A stretch of DNA of 64,000 nt, from assembly GCA_020832085.1 (NCBI GenBank), contig JAFIFJ010000138.1:9534-73533 (forward strand), read 5' to 3'. Positions 17,031 to 25,969 of this stretch are shown here, piece after piece. Numbering within the stretch: position 1 is the stretch's first letter; each line of letters starts with the position of its first letter. This stretch comes from Gammaproteobacteria bacterium. Its GTDB lineage: Bacteria > Pseudomonadota > Gammaproteobacteria > Pseudomonadales > Azotimanducaceae. The position numbers were made by a program, and so were the translations under genes. The notes beneath the pieces are model-generated. The model did no database searches. It was not told the origin of the DNA and saw only the letters and a program-made list of their open reading frames with translations.

Positions 17031-18366
17031 TCGAAGGGCCGGGAACCGGTTCGAAGGCGAAGCTCGCGCCGAGGTACCGCGACTGATTGGCAGGCAGGGC
17101 GATCCAATCCGAGGTCAGCAGCCGGTAATGCCGACCTTCCTCGGGCTGCGGCCAGACGCCATGCAGGGTATCGCCGCCGCGCTCGGCCAGGGGCCGCTGC
17201 TGCTGCGGCGTTGCCCGGTCGATGATGCTGCGCAGGGTGGCGGCGTCCACCTGCACCTGCACAAGACCGTTGTCGAAGCGCAGGAAGCGGTCGAAGCGGT
17301 AGCGGCTCACGTCCCCGGCGGGCAGACCGGTGCCGAAAGAGGTGTGGTTGAGGAAGACCGCATCCACCTCAGGATCCTGCTGCAGCTGCCGGCTGGCCCA
17401 GCGGGCGGCCGCCGGCAGGGTCATGGCCTCGTCGATCCGGCCCACGGTCCGGCGCTCCGCAGTCGTGAGCGTGGTGTCGCGCAGCTGCTGCACGGCCTCC
17501 GCCATGGCCCCATCCTCAGGACCTCGCGCTGCCATGCGCGTCAGGACCACTTCCGGCTCGCCTGCCCTAGCGCTCTCCGAACTGAGGCGGATGGTGGCCA
17601 GGGTGAAGTGCTCGGCCCCGGATCCGGAATGGACGTAGGGAATGCCGGCCACGGCGTCTTCGAGCAGCAGGTGATCGTGGGCGCCGAAGAACAGCAGCGG
17701 CCGTGGTCCTCGGGCGAGCACCTTGCCGACTTCCAGGTCAGCCTCGAGGCCGGCGTGGCTGGCCAGCACCACGTGTCCGGCAGCGCCGGCCAGGGTCTGC
17801 CAATGCTCTGCGATCCAGGCTGCGGGATCAGGCAGCTGCAGGGTCTCCCGCAGCCGCGCAGGCCAGGTGGCGAGCTGATTGGTGGTGACTCCCACCACCC
17901 GCAGACTGATGTCACCCAGGGTGACGTCAACACTCGGGCGCGCCACTGGGGAACCGTTGGCAAGAGCCACGTTACCCAGCAGCTCAATGTCGAGGGCGGC
18001 GGCCCGACGGACCAGCTCCTCGGGATCGATCAGGTCGAACTCGTGGTTGCCGATGTTGAACACCACCGGTCCGAAGCCGCGCAGCCGTTCGAGCAGTGCC
18101 CAGTCGAGCTCGCCGTCGCTGCGGGCGGCCATGGGGTCGCCGGCCTCGAAAAGATCGCCATTGATCAGGATCAGACGTGGCGTCGCCGGATCATCTGCGG
18201 CGAGTCGGGTCAGGCTACCGAGCAGGCGCGGATACTGATCGACGGCCGAATGCAGGTCGGCCAAGTGAATGATCTGGAACGCTGCCGGCAAGGCGGCAGG
18301 GCGGCATGCGACCAGCGAGATCAGGACCAGGGCGGCCACAACCATGCGGCAGGTGGATGGAATCAT
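16987..18366 (-). CDS. Lipoprotein 5'-nucleotidase / metallophosphoesterase (UshA-like)
   Basis: MIPSTCRMVVAALVLISLVAC (lipobox LVAC), HLADLHS, INGDLFEAG, NIGNHEFD metallophosphatase motifs and a C-terminal nucleotidase-like domain. Start at the internal Met of ORF 16987..18558. Confidence 0.75.
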   Translation of the reverse strand: MIPSTCRMVVAALVLISLVACRPAALPAAFQIIHLADLHSAVDQYPRLLGSLTRLAADDPATPRLILINGDLFEAGDPMAARSDGELDWALLERLRGFGPVVFNIGNHEFDLIDPEELVRRAAALDIELLGNVALANGSPVARPSVDVTLGDISLRVVGVTTNQLATWPARLRETLQLPDPAAWIAEHWQTLAGAAGHVVLASHAGLEADLEVGKVLARGPRPLLFFGAHDHLLLEDAVAGIPYVHSGSGAEHFTLATIRLSSESARAGEPEVVLTRMAARGPEDGAMAEAVQQLRDTTLTTAERRTVGRIDEAMTLPAAARWASRQLQQDPEVDAVFLNHTSFGTGLPAGDVSRYRFDRFLRFDNGLVQVQVDAATLRSIIDRATPQQQRPLAERGGDTLHGVWPQPEEGRHYRLLTSDWIALPANQSRYLGASFAFEPVPGPSIKARLLQALQPDTR

Positions 18367-18483
18367 GAACTGTTCCCGGTTTGGCGTAGCGCAGCATCGA
18401 TGACCATGTGTGAAGACTCCAAGGTTACGGTAGCGGAAATTCGCCCGCTCTTGCAGGGTGAGGTCACGCGGCCGCAGACAGCT

Positions 18484-18512
18484 CCCATGTGGGAGCCTGC
18501 TGTGCGGGCGAT
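18484..18512 (-). repeat. REP-like palindromic element, copy 2 (inverted relative to copy 1)
   Basis: Reverse complement ATCGCCCGCACAGCAGGCTCCCACATGGG versus copy 1 ATCGCCCGCACTGCGGGCTCCCACCATGGG. The flanking GCTCCCA (18481-18487) extends it into a GCTCCCA-TG-TGGGAGC palindrome. Confidence 0.55.
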
Positions 18513-18551
18513 CGACCCTAGCGCGCGCTCCCGCAGGGCGGCCCTGAAGCG

Positions 18552-18572
18552 GGCGCACCGTTTTGGGGCGCC
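18552..18572. promoter_or_regulatory. Possible NtrC-type enhancer site
   Basis: GGCGCACC-GTTTT-GGGGCGCC. Its core GCACC-N5-GGGGC resembles the NtrC half-sites GCACC-N5-GGTGC. Centred about 80 bp upstream of the permease sigma54 element. Confidence 0.25.
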
Positions 18573-18639
18573 AAGGACATGCTTCGGCTGACGGCGGTCC
18601 CTAGGATGAGTCGGGATCGGCGGTGCTGCCATGGGGGTA

Positions 18640-18655
18640 TGGTGCGAGCATTGCA
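18640..18655 (+). promoter_or_regulatory. Candidate sigma54 promoter for permease-xdhABC
   Basis: TGGTGCGAGCATTGCA (TGG-N9-TGCA with -12 TTGCA). It lies inside the 5' end of track ORF 18631.., which argues for a later start codon. Confidence 0.5.
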
Positions 18656-18726
18656 TGGTGGTCGCCGCATCGTGCCGGGACTGCGCCGACGCTGGGTCGG
18701 CGGCAGGGTCTGGTCGGGAGGGTGAG

Positions 18727-20049
18727 TTGGGATTTCTCGCGCGCTACTTCGAGTTCGAGGCGCTGGGTACGAACCTGCGTACTGAGATGGTGGCCGGGCT
18801 CACCACCTTCCTGGCCATGGCCTACATCCTGTTCGTGAACCCGAACATTCTCTCCCTGGCGTCGACGGCGCCGGAACTGGGCATGCCTCGGGACGCGGTG
18901 TTCACTGCCACCGCCCTGGCTGCGGCCTTTGGCTGTCTGCTCATGGGCATCCTCGCCCGCTATCCGGTGGCGCTGGCACCGGGCATGGGCCTGAATGCCT
19001 TCTTCGCCTACACCGTCGTGCTGGAGATGGGCATTCCCTGGCAGACCGCCCTGTCCGGAACGCTGGTCAGTGGTGTTCTGTTCCTCATTCTCTCCATCTC
19101 CGGTCTGCGGGAGCGGGTGGTCAATGCCATTCCCATGGCGCTGAAGCACGCGGTGGCAGCCGGAATCGGACTGTTCATTGCCTTCATCGGCCTGCAGAAC
19201 GCAGGCATCGTGGTGCGCAACGAGGCCGTGCTGGTATCCCTCGGGCCGCTGGGAGCCCCGCCGACATTGCTGGCCATCTTCGGCCTGGCCGTGACCGCAC
19301 TGCTGGTGGCGAGGGGTGTGGGCGCCGGCATCTTCTTCGGCATGGTGGCCACGGCTGTGGCCGGGGTAGTGACCGGTGTCATCCCAGCACCTGAGGCCAT
19401 CGTGGCTCCCGTGCCTGACCTGTCGCCGACCTTCGGTGTGGCTCTGCTGAATCTCGGCAATCTGCTGCAGCCGGAGCTGGCCGTGGTGGTGCTGACCATG
19501 CTTTTCGTGGACTTCTTCGATACCACGGGCACTCTGGTGGGCGTGGCCAATCAGGCCGGACTGGTGAAGGAGAATCGCCTGCCCAGAGCGGGGCGCGCGC
19601 TTTCCGCTGACGCCATGGCCACCATGTTCAGCGGCCTGGTGGGGACCTCGTCCACCACCGCCTACATCGAATCGGCCTCCGGCGTGGCGGCGGGTGGTCG
19701 CAGTGGCTTCACCGCCGTGGTGGTGGGCCTGCTGTTTCTGCTGGCATTGGCCTTCTCGCCCCTGCTTGGCGTGGTGACGGCGGCCGTCACGGCGCCGGCA
19801 TTGATCCTGGTGGGCGCGCTGATGACCACGTCGCTCAGGCATGTGCCCTTCGAGCGCATCGAGATCGCGCTGCCGGTGTTCATGACCCTGATCATGATGC
19901 CGCTGACCTTCAGCATCGCCGAGGGCATCGCAATCGGCTTCATCACCTACGCCATCACCCTGCCTGCTGCCGGACGCATTCGTGAGCTGCACCCGCTGAT
20001 GGCGGTCCTGGCGCTGGTGTTCCTGGCCTACTTTCTGTTTCTGCACTAA
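18727..20049 (+). CDS. NCS2-family purine permease (AzgA/PurP type; hypoxanthine/guanine/adenine)
   Basis: ...FLARYFEFEALGTNLRTEMVAGLTTFLAMAYILFVNPNIL matches the AzgA-type N-terminus. Start proposed at TTG 18727, preceded by GGAGG 5 nt upstream; the track ORF begins at 18631. Confidence 0.85.
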   Translation: MGFLARYFEFEALGTNLRTEMVAGLTTFLAMAYILFVNPNILSLASTAPELGMPRDAVFTATALAAAFGCLLMGILARYPVALAPGMGLNAFFAYTVVLEMGIPWQTALSGTLVSGVLFLILSISGLRERVVNAIPMALKHAVAAGIGLFIAFIGLQNAGIVVRNEAVLVSLGPLGAPPTLLAIFGLAVTALLVARGVGAGIFFGMVATAVAGVVTGVIPAPEAIVAPVPDLSPTFGVALLNLGNLLQPELAVVVLTMLFVDFFDTTGTLVGVANQAGLVKENRLPRAGRALSADAMATMFSGLVGTSSTTAYIESASGVAAGGRSGFTAVVVGLLFLLALAFSPLLGVVTAAVTAPALILVGALMTTSLRHVPFERIEIALPVFMTLIMMPLTFSIAEGIAIGFITYAITLPAAGRIRELHPLMAVLALVFLAYFLFLH

Positions 20050-20070
20050 TGACCTGTACTGAGGCTTGCC

Positions 20071-21546
20071 GTGGCTGAGCTTGCGCACGAGAGACCCGAT
20101 GCCATCCGCTTTCTGCTCAACGGCGAAGCGGTGGCAGTGGCGGGGCTGGCCGCCACCACCACGGTGTTGGAATACCTGCGCGAGCACGCAGGGCTCCTCG
20201 GCACCAAGGAAGGCTGTGCGGAAGGCGACTGCGGAGCCTGCACGGTGCTCATGGCAGAGTGGCCCGGCGACGACGCGCCGTTGACGTTCCGCTCCATCAA
20301 CAGCTGCATTCGCCTGCTGCCCACCATCGATGGCTGCGAGCTTTTGACCGTGGAGGGGCTGGCCGACGCTGATGCCCTGCACCCGGTGCAGCAGGCCATG
20401 GTGGAGCATCATGGCTCCCAGTGCGGGTTCTGTACGCCCGGCTTCGTGATGTCGTTGGCAGGGCTTTATCTGCAGACGCCGGACCCTGATCGGGAGCAGG
20501 TCCTGCGGTCCATTGCCGGCAACCTTTGCCGCTGTACCGGCTACCGGCCCATCATCGACGCCGGTCTGGCCATGGGTTCAATGCCGGAACCTTCACTCTG
20601 GCGCCGGCAGAACGTGGACACACCCAAGCGTCGAGCTGCGCTGCGCGCCCTGCAGCGGGAACAGACCCTGACGTTGCCGGATTACGTCGCTCCACGCAGC
20701 CTCGACGAGCTGGCGGCCCTGCGTATGGCCCAGCCCGAAGCGCGGCTGCTGGCGGGTGGCACCGATCTCGGCTTGGAGGTGACCAAGGCGCTGGCAACCC
20801 TGCCCATGCTGATTCACGTCGGCGGGGTGCCGGAACTGCTGCACATGGAATCGACCGGGGCCGGGCTCGTCATCGGCGCGGCTGTACCTCTCAGTGATGC
20901 CTGGGAAGTCATCGTCGAGCACTTTCCCGGGTTTGGCGAAGTGGCCGAGCGCTTTGCGTCGCCACCGGTATGCCATTCCGGAACCCTCGGCGGCAACGTG
21001 GCCAATGCTTCGCCCATCGGTGACGGCATGCCGGTCCTGCTGGCTGTGGACGCCCGATTGCAGCTGCGCCGGGGAGACCACAGTCGCGTGCTGCCGCTGG
21101 CGGACTTCTACCTGGGCTATCGGCAAACGGCCCTGCAGGAGGGTGAGTTCCTCTGCGCCATCGAGATTCCCTGGCCGCAGCCGCATTGGCACTATGCCGG
21201 CTACAAACTCGGCAAGCGCTGGGACCAGGACATTTCCGCGGTCTGCGGCGGCTTCGGGCTGGCCGTTGCCAACGGTCGCATCGAAGGGGCCCGACTGGGC
21301 TTCGGGGGGATGGCGGCGATACCGTCACGGGCCCGTGCCGCCGAAGCGGCCTTGACGGGCGCGGCGCTGGAGCCAGAGACCTTCGAAGCCGCCGCCGCCG
21401 CGCTGGCCGAAGACTTCGAGCCCATCGACGACTTCCGCGCGAGCGCCGCCTATCGCCTCAAGGGGGCCGGCAACCTGCTGCGACGCTTCGGCCGGTCATT
21501 GCTGGCAGGCGATGAGCAGATCTCGGTTCGAGAGGTGTTCCGATGA
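20071..21546 (+). CDS. xdhA: Xanthine dehydrogenase small subunit ([2Fe-2S] + FAD)
   Basis: KEGCAEGDCGACTV and GSQCGFCTPGF iron-sulfur motifs, NLCRCTGYRPI, then an FAD-binding domain (LLAGGTDLGLEV). GTG start. Confidence 0.9.
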   Translation: MAELAHERPDAIRFLLNGEAVAVAGLAATTTVLEYLREHAGLLGTKEGCAEGDCGACTVLMAEWPGDDAPLTFRSINSCIRLLPTIDGCELLTVEGLADADALHPVQQAMVEHHGSQCGFCTPGFVMSLAGLYLQTPDPDREQVLRSIAGNLCRCTGYRPIIDAGLAMGSMPEPSLWRRQNVDTPKRRAALRALQREQTLTLPDYVAPRSLDELAALRMAQPEARLLAGGTDLGLEVTKALATLPMLIHVGGVPELLHMESTGAGLVIGAAVPLSDAWEVIVEHFPGFGEVAERFASPPVCHSGTLGGNVANASPIGDGMPVLLAVDARLQLRRGDHSRVLPLADFYLGYRQTALQEGEFLCAIEIPWPQPHWHYAGYKLGKRWDQDISAVCGGFGLAVANGRIEGARLGFGGMAAIPSRARAAEAALTGAALEPETFEAAAAALAEDFEPIDDFRASAAYRLKGAGNLLRRFGRSLLAGDEQISVREVFR

Positions 21547-21577
21547 GCGCCGCCCGCGCTGACTGCAGGCAAGCCTC

Positions 21578-23836
21578 ATGAAGGCCTCACCCCATGACAG
21601 CGCGGTGCTGCACGTGCGGGGCGAGGCGCGCTACACCGATGACATTCCGCTGCCGGCGAACACCCTGCACGCGGCGTTCGGGGTCAGCCCGGTGGCCCAT
21701 GGGCGCATCGAGGGCATGGACCTCACAGCCGTTCGGGCCGAACCCGGGGTGGTGGCGGTGCTCACCGCTGCCGACATTCCTGGGGCGAACAACTACGGCG
21801 GCATCGTGGCAGACGACCCCATCCTGGCGCAGGACATGGTGGCCCATGTGGGCCAGCCGGTGTTCCTCGTGGCGGCGCTCAGCCGCACGGCTGCGCGCCG
21901 GGCGGCCCTGAAGGGACAACTGGAGATTCGGGAACGTCCGGCACTGCTGGACATCCGCTCGGCGCTGGCGGCGGAGTCCTTCGTGATTCCGAGCAAGCGC
22001 CTTGCGCGGGGCGACCCCGACGGGGAACTGCAACGGGCCCCGCGAAGACTCAGCGGAACCGTCAGCATGGGCGGCCAGGACCACTTCTACCTGGAAGGTC
22101 AGGTCGCAGTGGCTCTGCCCCAGGAGGATGGCGCCATGCTGGTGCACAGCTCGACCCAGCATCCGAGTGAGGTGCAGCACATCGTCGCCCATGCGCTGGG
22201 GGTCGCCAGTCATGCCGTAACGGTGACCTGCCGGCGCATGGGAGGCGGCTTCGGCGGCAAGGAGAGTCAGCCGGCGCTGCTGGCTGCAGCAGCAGCGGTG
22301 ATGGCGCGCCACAGCGGACGGCCGGTGAAGCTCAGGCTCGATCGCGATGCCGACATGATCAGCACCGGCAAGCGCCATGACTTCCTGGCTGACTACGATG
22401 TGGGTTTCGATGACGACGGGCGCATCCGGGCCTTGAAGGTCATGTTGGCTTCACGCTGCGGGCACTCCGCCGATCTCTCCGGACCCGTAAACGACCGCGC
22501 GGTCTGCCATCTGGACAATGCCTATTACCTGGAGCACGTGGAGATCGTCTCCCATCGCTGCCGGACCCATACGGTATCCAACACGGCCTTCCGCGGCTTT
22601 GGCGGACCTCAGGGCATGATGGTGATCGAGCACATCCTCGACGACGTGGCCCGCAGCCTCAACCGGGATCCGCTTGCGGTGCGGCGGGCGAATCTCTATG
22701 GCGTCGGTGAGCGCAACGTGACCCCCTACGGCCAGACGGTGGAGGACAACCTGCTGCCGGAGCTGATCGATGAGCTTGAACGCGACAGCCACTACGCCTC
22801 CAGGCGGGCGGAGATCACGGCCTGGAATGCGCAGCAGCCGGTGATCAGGCGTGGCCTCGCCCTGACGCCGGTGAAGTTCGGCATATCGTTCACGAACACG
22901 GCGTTCAATCAGGCCGGCGCGCTGATCCAGATCTATCGGGACGGGACCGTGCTCCTGAACCATGGTGGGACGGAGATGGGCCAGGGACTGCACACCAAGG
23001 TGGTGGCGGTGGTGGCGCGGGAACTCGGGGTGCCGCTGACGGCGGTTCGCATCACCGCCACGGATACCAGCAAGGTCCCGAATACCTCCGCCACCGCGGC
23101 GTCCAGCGGCTCCGATCTCAACGGCATGGCGGCCCAGGCGGCGGCGCGAACCCTGCGCGAACGGCTGGTGGAGTTCATCCGTGAGCGCGACGGCATTGAT
23201 CTCGATGCAGGCGACTTCGCCGAGGGGCGGGTGCGGCTGGGCACGGGCAGTATCCCCTTTGGGGAACTGGTGGAGCAGGCCTATCAGGCGCGGATTCCGC
23301 TGTCCGCAACCGGCTTCTATCGGACGCCCAAGATCCACTGGGACATGAACCGGCTGCAGGGGCGGCCCTTCTTTTACTTTGCCTACGGCGCAGCCGTGGT
23401 GGAGGTTGCCGTGGATCTGCTGACGGGCGAATCGCGACTGCTGGCCGTGGACATCCTGCATGATGTGGGCAGTTCCCTGAATCCGGCCATGGACATCGGT
23501 CAGATCGAGGGCGGGTTTCTGCAGGGCGTGGGCTGGCTGACCTCAGAGGAGCTGCGCTGGAACGCAGACGGGGCACTGGCGACCCATGCCCCGTCCACCT
23601 ACAAGATTCCCACCGCTTCGGATTGGCCGGAGATGGCGCGGGTGCGCCTGTTCGGACGTCCCAACATGGAGGCGACCATCTACCGCTCCAAAGCCGTCGG
23701 CGAGCCCCCGCTGATGCTGGCCATTGCGGCCCTTCATGCCATCCGGGATGCGGTGGCATCCACGCCTGCGGGGGCCGGGCGGCCGCGCCTGATGGCCCCC
23801 GCCACACCGGAGGCCGTGCTGTGGGCCACATCATGA
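21578..23836 (+). CDS. xdhB: Xanthine dehydrogenase molybdopterin-binding subunit
   Basis: 752 aa. GEARYTDDIP, GGGFGGKE, FRGFGGPQG, and the GEPPL-type C-terminal motif (KAVGEPPLMLA). Confidence 0.9.
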   Translation: MKASPHDSAVLHVRGEARYTDDIPLPANTLHAAFGVSPVAHGRIEGMDLTAVRAEPGVVAVLTAADIPGANNYGGIVADDPILAQDMVAHVGQPVFLVAALSRTAARRAALKGQLEIRERPALLDIRSALAAESFVIPSKRLARGDPDGELQRAPRRLSGTVSMGGQDHFYLEGQVAVALPQEDGAMLVHSSTQHPSEVQHIVAHALGVASHAVTVTCRRMGGGFGGKESQPALLAAAAAVMARHSGRPVKLRLDRDADMISTGKRHDFLADYDVGFDDDGRIRALKVMLASRCGHSADLSGPVNDRAVCHLDNAYYLEHVEIVSHRCRTHTVSNTAFRGFGGPQGMMVIEHILDDVARSLNRDPLAVRRANLYGVGERNVTPYGQTVEDNLLPELIDELERDSHYASRRAEITAWNAQQPVIRRGLALTPVKFGISFTNTAFNQAGALIQIYRDGTVLLNHGGTEMGQGLHTKVVAVVARELGVPLTAVRITATDTSKVPNTSATAASSGSDLNGMAAQAAARTLRERLVEFIRERDGIDLDAGDFAEGRVRLGTGSIPFGELVEQAYQARIPLSATGFYRTPKIHWDMNRLQGRPFFYFAYGAAVVEVAVDLLTGESRLLAVDILHDVGSSLNPAMDIGQIEGGFLQGVGWLTSEELRWNADGALATHAPSTYKIPTASDWPEMARVRLFGRPNMEATIYRSKAVGEPPLMLAIAALHAIRDAVASTPAGAGRPRLMAPATPEAVLWATS

Positions 23837-23870
23837 AAAGTCGTTTCTGGATTGCCGCAGGTCGGATTCG

Positions 23871-24851
23871 ATGAAGGGCTTCTGGGCACAACTCGAAGCC
23901 GAACTCAACCTGGGCTCTCCGGTCTATCTGGTCCTGGTGGTGGCCCACCGGCGGGGTTCCCCGGGGACGGTGGGGGCGCGCATGTTCGTCTGCGCCGACG
24001 GCAGGCAGGTCGGCACCATCGGCGGCAGCGTGCTGGAGCTCGATCTGGTCGGGCGGGCGCGGGAGCTTCTGGCCGCAGCGCCGTCCGGGGCGGACCTGCC
24101 GAAACTGGAACGCTTCGTCCATCGCCGCTCCGATCCCCTGCACATTGCTCCGGGAGAATCGGGACTCATCTGTTCCGGGTGGCAGCAGCACGTTAGCGTC
24201 GCGCTGCGGCCGGAGCGGGACCTCGAGACCATCCACGCCATTGCCGAGTGCGACGCTCAGGGTGGCTACGGAGCGGTCTGGATCACCCAGGCGGGTATTC
24301 AGTTCGACGATGCTGCGCCGGATCTGATGTCTCCTGCCATCGATCTGCAGACAGAGCGGGGATGGCGGGTGGAAGAGCAGCTCCTGAATCGTCAGCGACT
24401 GGTCATCTTCGGCGGGGGCCATTGTGGTCTGGCACTGAGTCGGGTCATGGCGGAACTCGACTGGTACATCACCGTGGTCGACCGGCGGGCAGACGTGGCC
24501 ACGTTCCGCGACAACGACTGCGCCGACCAGCATGTGCTGGTGGAGGACTTTGCGAGCGGCGCCGAGAGTCTCAGCTGGCCGCAGCTCACCGACGCCATCG
24601 TGATGACCACGGACTATCACAGTGATGTGCGCGCTCTGCTCGGATGCTTGGGGCAGCCCTTGCGCTCCATTGGCGTCATGGGCAGCCCCGCCAAACTGCG
24701 GGTGATCCGTGAGGCGCTGACGGACGCCGGTGTGGGCGCCGCCGATCTGGCGCGGGTCCGCGGACCGGTGGGTCTGCGCATGAAGAGCGATACCCCTGCG
24801 GAGATCGCCGTCAGCGTCGCCGCTGAGCTGCTGCAGTTCGCGGATAGATAG
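23871..24851 (+). CDS. xdhC: Xanthine dehydrogenase accessory protein XdhC
   Basis: N-terminal XdhC/CoxI domain (VLVVAHRRGSPGTVGARMFV...GTIGGSVLE) and a C-terminal Rossmann-like RLVIFGGGHCGLAL. Confidence 0.8.
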   Translation: MKGFWAQLEAELNLGSPVYLVLVVAHRRGSPGTVGARMFVCADGRQVGTIGGSVLELDLVGRARELLAAAPSGADLPKLERFVHRRSDPLHIAPGESGLICSGWQQHVSVALRPERDLETIHAIAECDAQGGYGAVWITQAGIQFDDAAPDLMSPAIDLQTERGWRVEEQLLNRQRLVIFGGGHCGLALSRVMAELDWYITVVDRRADVATFRDNDCADQHVLVEDFASGAESLSWPQLTDAIVMTTDYHSDVRALLGCLGQPLRSIGVMGSPAKLRVIREALTDAGVGAADLARVRGPVGLRMKSDTPAEIAVSVAAELLQFADR

Positions 24852-24971
24852 CCCGGCTCTTTCAAGAACGGCGAACCTGTTTCAGCTTCATTGCGGGTCG
24901 TCATGGTCCGGTAACGCCCCATTCTGGGGCAATCTTCTCCTTCGTCGCCCGAAAACTATGCCCTTAAGGTA

Positions 24972-24987
24972 TGGCATGGAAGCTGCA
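24972..24987 (+). promoter_or_regulatory. Candidate sigma54 promoter for the PNP-like/TonB-receptor operon
   Basis: TGGCATGGAAGCTGCA (-24 TGGCAT, -12 CTGCA, correct GG-N10-GC spacing), about 47 nt upstream of ATG 25034. Confidence 0.55.
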
Positions 24988-25033
24988 GATCGACCTCCAT
25001 CGTCGGGTGGCTGGGCAAGAGGGCAGGTCGGGT

Positions 25034-25969
25034 ATGGTATGGGGTCGTTCTTTGAAGCGGATGCTGCTGGCCATGGTGCTGCTGCTGGCGACGGTGGCCT
25101 GCGCAGAAGCCGAGGAGTCTATCTTCATCGCCGTGGTAGGCGGTACCAGCTTCGGGGCGCCGGACCGTTTCGGCCAGGGGCTGGCGGAACTCGAGCGCGA
25201 GTTCACGGTGGAAACCGTGGCCGGCACGAGTCCGGTGATCTATCAGATGCGCTATGACGGCGTGCCGTTCTACTACATCCGCATGTACGGCCATGAAGTG
25301 CGCAGCGTCGGTCAGCCGGAGTACATCGGCCTGATCCGCACCTTTGCCGCGCTCTACGACCTCGGCGTCACCCATGTGCTCAGCGGCGCCAGCTCCGGTG
25401 GGATCAACCCGGAATACGACTACGGCGACATCGTCATCCTCTCTGACTTCATGGAGTGGGAGACCCAGCGGCCCGCCAACATTCTTCAGTACACCGGCAT
25501 CCAGCGCCCGGGCTACTTCGCCAATTTCGAAGTGCCGTTCAGTCCGTCGCTGAGCGCGCTGCTCGTCGATGAGGCGCGCAAGCGCATGGACGGCTACGAC
25601 GGTCGGCTCTACGAGACCGGGGTCTTCGCCCAGCATTCGCCGCTGCGTTTCGAGAGTCCGGCGGAGGTACGGGCCATGGCCATGCTCGGCGCGGAACTGA
25701 CGAGCATGTACCAGGCCACCTGCGCCATCTATGCGCGACAGCTGGGCATGCGCTACGCGTCCATCAGCTCCATCGGCAATCCCGCCGTGGGGGTGCGTCC
25801 TTTCACCTTTGCCGACATGCAGTCCGCGGTGCAGCGCATTGCTGCTCTGGCGGTGCCGGTGGTGCTCGATGTGATCGCCAGGATTCCCACGGAGGCCATG
25901 GAGCCGGAGCCGAGCAGCACCGGCGAGCGCTTCACGGGCAGTTATGTGGATCCGGACGCAGAAGATTGA
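25034..25969 (+). CDS. Exported MTAP/PNP-family phosphorylase-like protein
   Basis: Signal peptide MVWGRSLKRMLLAMVLLLATVACA/EA. The body aligns by eye with the in-window MTAP homologue: IAVVGGTSFG vs IIAGTGF, SPLRFESPAEV vs GPRLETPAEV, LTSMYQATCAIYARQLG vs VGMTGMPEAALARELD, IGNPAVG vs VVNPAAG. Confidence 0.6.
   Translation: MVWGRSLKRMLLAMVLLLATVACAEAEESIFIAVVGGTSFGAPDRFGQGLAELEREFTVETVAGTSPVIYQMRYDGVPFYYIRMYGHEVRSVGQPEYIGLIRTFAALYDLGVTHVLSGASSGGINPEYDYGDIVILSDFMEWETQRPANILQYTGIQRPGYFANFEVPFSPSLSALLVDEARKRMDGYDGRLYETGVFAQHSPLRFESPAEVRAMAMLGAELTSMYQATCAIYARQLGMRYASISSIGNPAVGVRPFTFADMQSAVQRIAALAVPVVLDVIARIPTEAMEPEPSSTGERFTGSYVDPDAED

Noticed and set aside
18558-18726. Purine or other riboswitch in the permease leader, and likewise in front of the deaminase genes.
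   Set aside because: I could not find the conserved purine-riboswitch core or its three-way-junction arrangement. The leader is instead explained by a REP-like element and promoter-like motifs. An Rfam scan would settle it.
18601-20412. 603-aa ORF antisense to the NCS2 permease and the xdhA start.
   Set aside because: Extremely His/Gln/Arg/Gly-rich. It spans a real intergenic gap and two real genes, so it is a composition artefact.
24916-24930. Perfect palindrome GCCCCA-TTC-TGGGGC, considered as a shared operator with GCTCCCA-TG-TGGGAGC at 18481-18496.
   Set aside because: The 18481 palindrome turned out to be part of the REP-like repeat (copy 2). The resemblance is limited to CCCA...TGGG and the spacers differ, so this is not enough for a common operator. 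The 24916 palindrome may still matter on its own.
24971-25033. ATG 24971 as the start of the PNP-like protein.
   Set aside because: The candidate sigma54 -24/-12 element (24972-24987) overlaps it, and the signal-peptide n-region begins at Met 25034. The first 21 residues add a charged, non-signal leader.
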